Shown here: positions 34,700-40,270 of the stretch, piece by piece
Numbering within the stretch: position 1 is the first letter of the stretch
Layout: the number at the start of each line of letters is the position of its first letter
Assembly (NCBI RefSeq): GCF_001194135.2
Contig: NC_068984.1
Location: 20,986,691 to 21,026,960 of the forward strand
Direction: 5' to 3'
Length of the DNA: 40,270 bases
DNA from: Octopus bimaculoides
Lineage: Eukaryota
Position numbers and translations under genes: made by a program
Notes under the pieces: model-generated
Database searches by the model: none
What the model saw: the letters and a program-made list of their open reading frames with translations, nothing else
What the model was told of the DNA's origin: nothing

Positions 34700-35395
34700 A
34701 CTCCGTTTAATTAGGCGCTTACACACCCAACATCCGGGTTACTTTCTTCCATCTTCTTTCGTACTTTTTTGACGTCAGGCATTTCTTCTACAGACACGTT
34801 TTCCCTCTTAGGTGATTTAAAAAGAGGTTCACTAAAGCATGCCCGGAGACGTAGGTGCCTGATGCGATACATCTTCCACGCGTCTTCCATATCACCTCTT
34901 TCGCTATAGAAACCAGAAGTTCTTTTCTCCTTTTAGCGGAGACAGCGGAACGATCTTGATAATCGATTCGGCTGGCAGCTGTACTCTCCCCAGCTGTGAC
35001 AGTATCCTTTTGGTAGAAACCCACAGGTCCAAGAGACTTAGACACTGTAAGATTGCATGCAGAGCAGTTTCGTTGCTCTGCCCGCAAAGTGGACACCTAG
35101 GCGAAACCGTGACACCGTGCCTCGCGTGTTTATCCCGAACTGGCAAGGCACTTCAGAAGCACAGCCAAGCCAGGGACCTCTGGACGTTGTCCATAGGTAC
35201 CGGGCTGAAAGTCCTTCGATGCAGGTTGGCAAGCTGACTTTCATCGAAACCCAGAGTCTCCCCCAGGCCGTCATCATACTTGCCCTCTACCAGCCTCTAT
35301 AGTACGCCGAGGTGGTACCCCCTCCGCCGGCATTGCCCGTTCAGGAGAAGAGTACGAGCGCCTGTCGACACTCTGCTTGCCAAGCTCCCAGCCTT
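34700..35395 (-). mobile_element. L1/Tx1-like LINE ORF2 C-terminal relic (zinc knuckle)
   Basis: LPVRDKHARHGVTVSPRCPLCGQSNETALHAILQC..LWV..SIAKEVIWKTR, with a CxxC-H-C knuckle and frameshifts. Confidence 0.8.
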
Positions 35396-36599
35396 TTATG
35401 TCCGAATATGATAATATTTAACGTGTTAATTTTTTTTCTAAAGCAGTAGGGTGTGATTTGAAGGAAATGTTACTACTGTTTTGGGCAGGTCAGGCGACTA
35501 CGAAGAAGTTCCCCACCACACCACCGATTTCTTTTTGATGGGCAGAGTTTATCGACTAATGACTTTGTCGTCATTAGCAACCAATTCATTATTTTAAGAC
35601 TATCCCACCCTTTGGGAAGTTCTTTTTTCCATACTAGCTTCTAAATGCTGAAAAACGTTAATCGCTGTTAATGACGTCTGGAGAGAGAGTGAACGGAGAG
35701 GGCGCACTGTCCCAGGTATGAGCATAGTTCTCTCACACTTATGGGTACTTGGTCCTTCTTGACAGGGCAGTGTTAGCGGTATTAGATTTCCTCCGGCAAA
35801 TCAATTAACGTCCTGGTGCTTATAGTATTCATTTCTTAACAGCAAGTCAAGTTGACATAGTTTGTTATTGGGCCCCTAGACCCAACTGGGCAACTGCGCC
35901 GTATACTCATGCCTTAAGGCAGCTCTGACAGTAGAGAGTCAAAGTCTTTTTGGAGAATTTTAGTGCTATGTGCTATGAGGAATATTGGACTTTCATGAAA
36001 TGGTGGACTTTAATATTTTTACTGATCTAAAAATTTGAAGTGGTCGGTGGGGACTATTTCTATTAGGCCACTCTCTTTCCTAAAAGTAATTAATGATAGA
36101 CACTGTTGGCATAAGTCCATCTGAGAAATGATGGCGATATCAACCTAAAAGTTTATGCGGCAGTTAGAAGTGAAATTTTCTCCAGATGATTCTTTCTAGG
36201 TGTAACCCAACGGAAAATAATTTGGAGCAAAATAAAGGGAAGTGCGATAGCAAAGCAGTTATACGTTGTCTGTTTGGTTCCGAATCCTCGAATGTATTCT
36301 GTAGAGCTAAGAGTTTTATTAATTCTTTGGTTTGTGAAATTAAATTTCGCTTTTCTTCTTTTCTTATGGCTGTCTTGTAGTGATGTCACATGAAGATAAA
36401 TAATAATCAACCAGTGGCTTGTAGCAGGCAGTTTCTAGGATCTCAAACAGAGAAAAGCTTGCAGCTATTTTATATTATCTCAGTTACCCTTAAAGCATTT
36501 TTTTAGATCTACTGAAGTGCGCTATATGTGATTTAAGAACGTATATGAAATGGAAGTGTAAATACGGATGCACTTCTTGGGTTGGATTCGGTACCATGT

Positions 36600-37056
36600 G
36601 AGCAACTGATTCAGTAGAGTTGGGTGTCATCCAGCGAAATTCTGCATAGAGACAGTACTTCCGTTGTTTTTGGGTGTAAAGTGTATTCGTCTCAAAAAGA
36701 TCAGGTTTCGGCTGCGCAGAATCACCTTGATTGCGTCGAGGAAGATAAAAACTTTCTTGAAAACGGTCTCAACAGATGATGAATCGTGAGTCTATGGCTA
36801 TGATCCCGAAACCAAGACAAAAATCAAATCCCACTTGAAAGGAACAAGATTTCAGGATGTCAAGGAAATCCAAGAGAATGCTTGCTATCCCAAAAACGGA
36901 GTTCCAGGAATGCTCCCATCAATAGAAGCGACACTGGATAAAGTGTGTGGCTTCAGAAGGGGGCTACTCTGAAGGAGATTAAATGGTGGATTGATATGTG
37001 TTGTGGTTTTCTTTTTATAACACCAGTGCCGTTATTTTTTTTTATCAGACCTCGTA
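36600..37056 (+). mobile_element. mariner element 3' relic, internally deleted, TIR ending CAGACCTCG-TA
   Basis: EEDKNFLKTVSTDDES*VYGYDPETK, then directly IKSHLKGTRFQDVKEIQEN..KRHWIKCVASEGGYSEGD*. Confidence 0.85.
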
Positions 37057-37589
37057 CGTCGTTCTGTGTGTTAATAAAAGTTAATGTTGTGGAGATGGCC
37101 ATAACGATGACAACAACAACGAAAATAATAACGCGAAAGGAAGAGTGAATGATGGGGAGGGGGAATTGAGGGGAGGGGTAAATGAAGGGGAGGGTGTAAA
37201 TGAAGATGAGAGGTAAATGTAGAGGAGGGGTAAATGAATGGGAGGAGGAAGAATAAATGAGGATGATAGTGATGACAGTAATGACTATAATTGTTATAAA
37301 TGGTCATAATGATTGCAATTTCACGCAAGATCGGACAAAGATATTCTGTTTGCTCTCTACATAATATTACAAAAAACAGTTATGGTTTCAAGTCCCACAT
37401 CACAGACTATTTTCATTCTCTTTATGTCAACTTTAATCCCCCACCTTCGGGGGAAAAAATGGCAGAAAAACCTTATTTAATATATACTTGTTTTGAAAGT
37501 ATAGCTCATTAACAAATTTAGTTAAATACGTAGTTTTCTTTCTAATTACCACTACAAACCGCAAGTAGACTGATTTCCACTTTGAAGTA

Positions 37590-37690
37590 ATTATTGTTTC
37601 TAATTTAGGCACAAAACCAGCAAAACTGGTACTTATTTTATCAACCCCGAAATAATGAAAGGAAAAACGAAATAATGAAAGGAAAAACGT
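37590..37690 (-). mobile_element. Family C (Nin-like) SINE fragment with local 20-bp duplication
   Basis: CTGGTACTTATTTTATCAACCCCGAAATAATGAAAGG is the reverse complement of the Nin-like core. GAAATAATGAAAGGAAAAAC occurs twice at 37649-37688. Confidence 0.6.
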
Positions 37691-38409
37691 TCATTGTGGT
37701 GAAATTTCAACAAATACGGCGCAGTATTTTGTCGCTTTAACGATTCCACCAATCCATCACTTTCTGATGTAATTATAAAAGGAGCATACATAACACCTAA
37801 CTTGCTAAATACTTCCTTCACCTCAATTCGCAGAATACATACACACACATATGCACATGTACATACATGCAGGCACACAAATGTGCACTCATACATGCTC
37901 CCATATGTACACACGTTACATTGGTCATGAGGAACGCAAGAAAGAGCGCTCAACACTGAGGAATAGGGTGTGTAAATTTTTTATTCAAAATAGTCATCAC
38001 AATATCTAATACCCTTGGTTTCCTGCTAATAAAGCGAGTTTACAAGCTTTTGTCTGAAGTTCAATTTAGGGAATTACTGATTCCATACGAATTAAAGATA
38101 ACCGTTTAGCAAATAGCTGTATCTTGTAGTTTCTCCAACACAACTATATATACATATGCACACACACACACACAGACACACACACATGGACTTTAGGCTA
38201 ATCAAAATATCTTTGTGATATAATTCACTGCAGTTACTATGGAGAAAAAAATTCTCGCTTATGGTAAAAGATGCAAAAATACTAAATCTGCTCAGTGTCT
38301 CTACACGGTAACAGTAGTGAATTTATTTTTAGGAGTTGAAATGTGAAACAACCATATTTTAACTAACCTAAAGTTCGTCTATTCCTCATCACTGCTTAGT
38401 GCTGATACC

Positions 38410-38443
<34 letters not shown>

Positions 38444-38725
38444 CAAAAATAATTAAGGATAAAATTATTTAATGATTTTATCAGTGGCCAGCATGTAATA
38501 ATGTTTCTCAGTACCCTTAATTATAATTATATCTATTTAATTATATATATATATGTATGTGTGAGTGTGTATGTGTGTGTGTGTCTGAGTAAACTTTATC
38601 CGTATAACATATTCAACGTTTGTGTGTTGCTGAAAAAAGTCAGAGGTTGCGGTTTTTGTCCGGGAAATATTCCTTTACTAGCGTTTTGTGTTGAAAAATA
38701 CAGTATATTTCAATGCTAGGCGAAA

Positions 38726-38771
38726 CAGTGTCACACTCGTGTCACTCAAAAGTGACAAGAGTATGACATTG
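38726..38771. other. 21-bp stem hairpin with CAAA loop
   Basis: CAGTGTCACACTCGTGTCACT caaa AGTGACAAGAGTATGACATTG, two mismatches and one G.T. Confidence 0.8.
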
Positions 38772-39048
38772 ACAAATCACAAGTGCGGTGAAATGCATCA
38801 TGTGATCAATTCTATCCTTGCTCTGAAGTATATCATCTCTTCTAGCACAGTATGTTTATAAAGGGAATTTTCCCGGACAAAATCTGCAGCCCTTGGCTTT
38901 TCAGTTACATACATACTTTAAACATGATATTGGCAGGATTTGAAATCAAAAATAAAGGGTTGTGACAAAAACCACAAAACGTTTATTTCGGGCTCTGAAG
39001 ATGCTGTCAATTGTCTGCCCTGCAAAGCAATATAGTCATGCAATTATA

Positions 39049-39098
<50 letters not shown>

Positions 39099-39386
39099 NN
39101 NNNNNNNNNNNNNNNNNNNNNNNNNNNNNNNNNNNNNNNNNNNNNNNNNNNNNNNNNNNNNNNNNNNNNNNNNNNNNNNNNNNNNNNNNNNNNNNNNNNN
39201 NNNNNNNNNNNNNNNNNNNNNNNNNNNNNNNNNNNNNNNNNNNNNNNNNNNNNNNNNNNNNNNNNNNNNNNNNNNNNNNNNNNNNNNNNNNNNNNNNNNN
39301 NNNNNNNNNNNNNNNNNNNNNNNNNNNNNNNNNNNNNNNNNNNNNNNNNNNNNNNNNNNNNNNNNNNNNNNNNNNNNNNNNNNNNN

Positions 39387-39437
<51 letters not shown>

Positions 39438-39459
39438 CGTGTGTACGTGTACGGGCGCA

Positions 39460-39660
39460 TGTGATCGAGTCTGTGAACGCTTGACACCCGACGTTGGTTT
39501 GTTCACGTCCCCGAAACTTAGCAGTTCGGCATAAGACTCCGATAAAATAAGTACCAGATTTTAAAATATATACTGGGGTTGATCTGTTCGACAAAACCCC
39601 TTCAGGTCGGTGCATTCTTATGACCGCAGTTCAGTGACCGAAACAAGTAAAAGATAAAAA
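39460..39660 (+). mobile_element. Family A SINE 3' half
   Basis: GCTTGACACCCGACGTTGG..TTAGCAGTTCGGC..GAAACAAGTAAAAGATAAAA. Confidence 0.8.
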
Positions 39661-39894
39661 GCTATTATTGCTCAAGCCAGTTTTGTGGTTGAAGTTACTC
39701 GCATAATGTGACAGGCAAAGGAATCGAACTTGCAAACATGTAGCTATGAGATAATTTGTTAATCAGCCATACCGGCAACTTTTTTAGTCTTTTTTCCTCT
39801 ACTCTGTCCTTCTTAATTTTTTCTTCATTTCCCTTTTTTACGTTTTTACTTATTCTATCATACTTTAGTTTTGTTTCCTTCTATCTTTTATCTT

Positions 39895-40110
39895 CTATCT
39901 TTTACCCGTTTCAGTCATTAGATTGCAGCCATGCTGGGGTATCACCTTGACGTTTTTAGTCGAATTAATCGACCCTAGTACTTATTTTTTAAGCCTGGTA
40001 CTTGTTCTATCAGTCTCTTTTGCCGAGCCGTTAAGTTACAGGGATGCAAACACATCAACCCTGGTTGTCAAGCGGTGGTAGTGGGAAGGGACAAACACAG
40101 ACACAGAAAC
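39895..40110 (-). mobile_element. Family A SINE 3' half
   Basis: Reverse complement of the family A 3' half (TTTCAGTCATT..GCCATGCTGGG..GGTTGTCAAGCGGT). Confidence 0.8.
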
Positions 40111-40116
40111 ACATAG

Positions 40117-40158
<42 letters not shown>

Positions 40159-40270
40159 CACACACACACGCACACACGCGCGCACAAACATATATCTACT
40201 ACATATGTGGGAAATTCTGTCTGAGGGTGTGTTTGTTTGCGGAGTTGTTAGCTAACTCCTACTACATCAT

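Noticed and set aside
38690-38740. GAAACAGTGTC as a hammerhead stem III
   Set aside because: There is no CUGANGA-like core or stem II upstream.

Overview
AT-rich, microsatellite-dense eukaryotic non-coding DNA with about ten N-gaps (e.g. 1331-1720, 19213-19688, 24060-24452, 25039-25815, 31861-32402). The repeat content suggests a coleoid cephalopod, probably Octopus; this is an inference. I found no supportable host protein-coding exon, tRNA, rRNA or CRISPR array, and almost all listed ORFs are microsatellite or N artefacts. The window is a mosaic of decayed mobile elements: three R4/Dong-clade (RLE) retrotransposon fragments, two Penelope-like (PLE) GIY-YIG remnants with their terminal-repeat (pLTR) copies, CR1-like and L1/Tx1-like LINE pieces, an RTE-like C-terminus with C2H2 fingers, four Tc1/mariner relics, several tRNA-derived SINE families and a MITE-like foldback. 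The most interesting signal is RNA structure. Five type I hammerhead ribozyme (HHR) motifs are present, four with non-canonical cores, and one sits inside a 60-bp foldback that would sequester it. There are also several orphan long hairpins, a 68-bp array with higher-order structure, and an old inverted duplication with codon-like conservation. All alignments and folds were done by eye.
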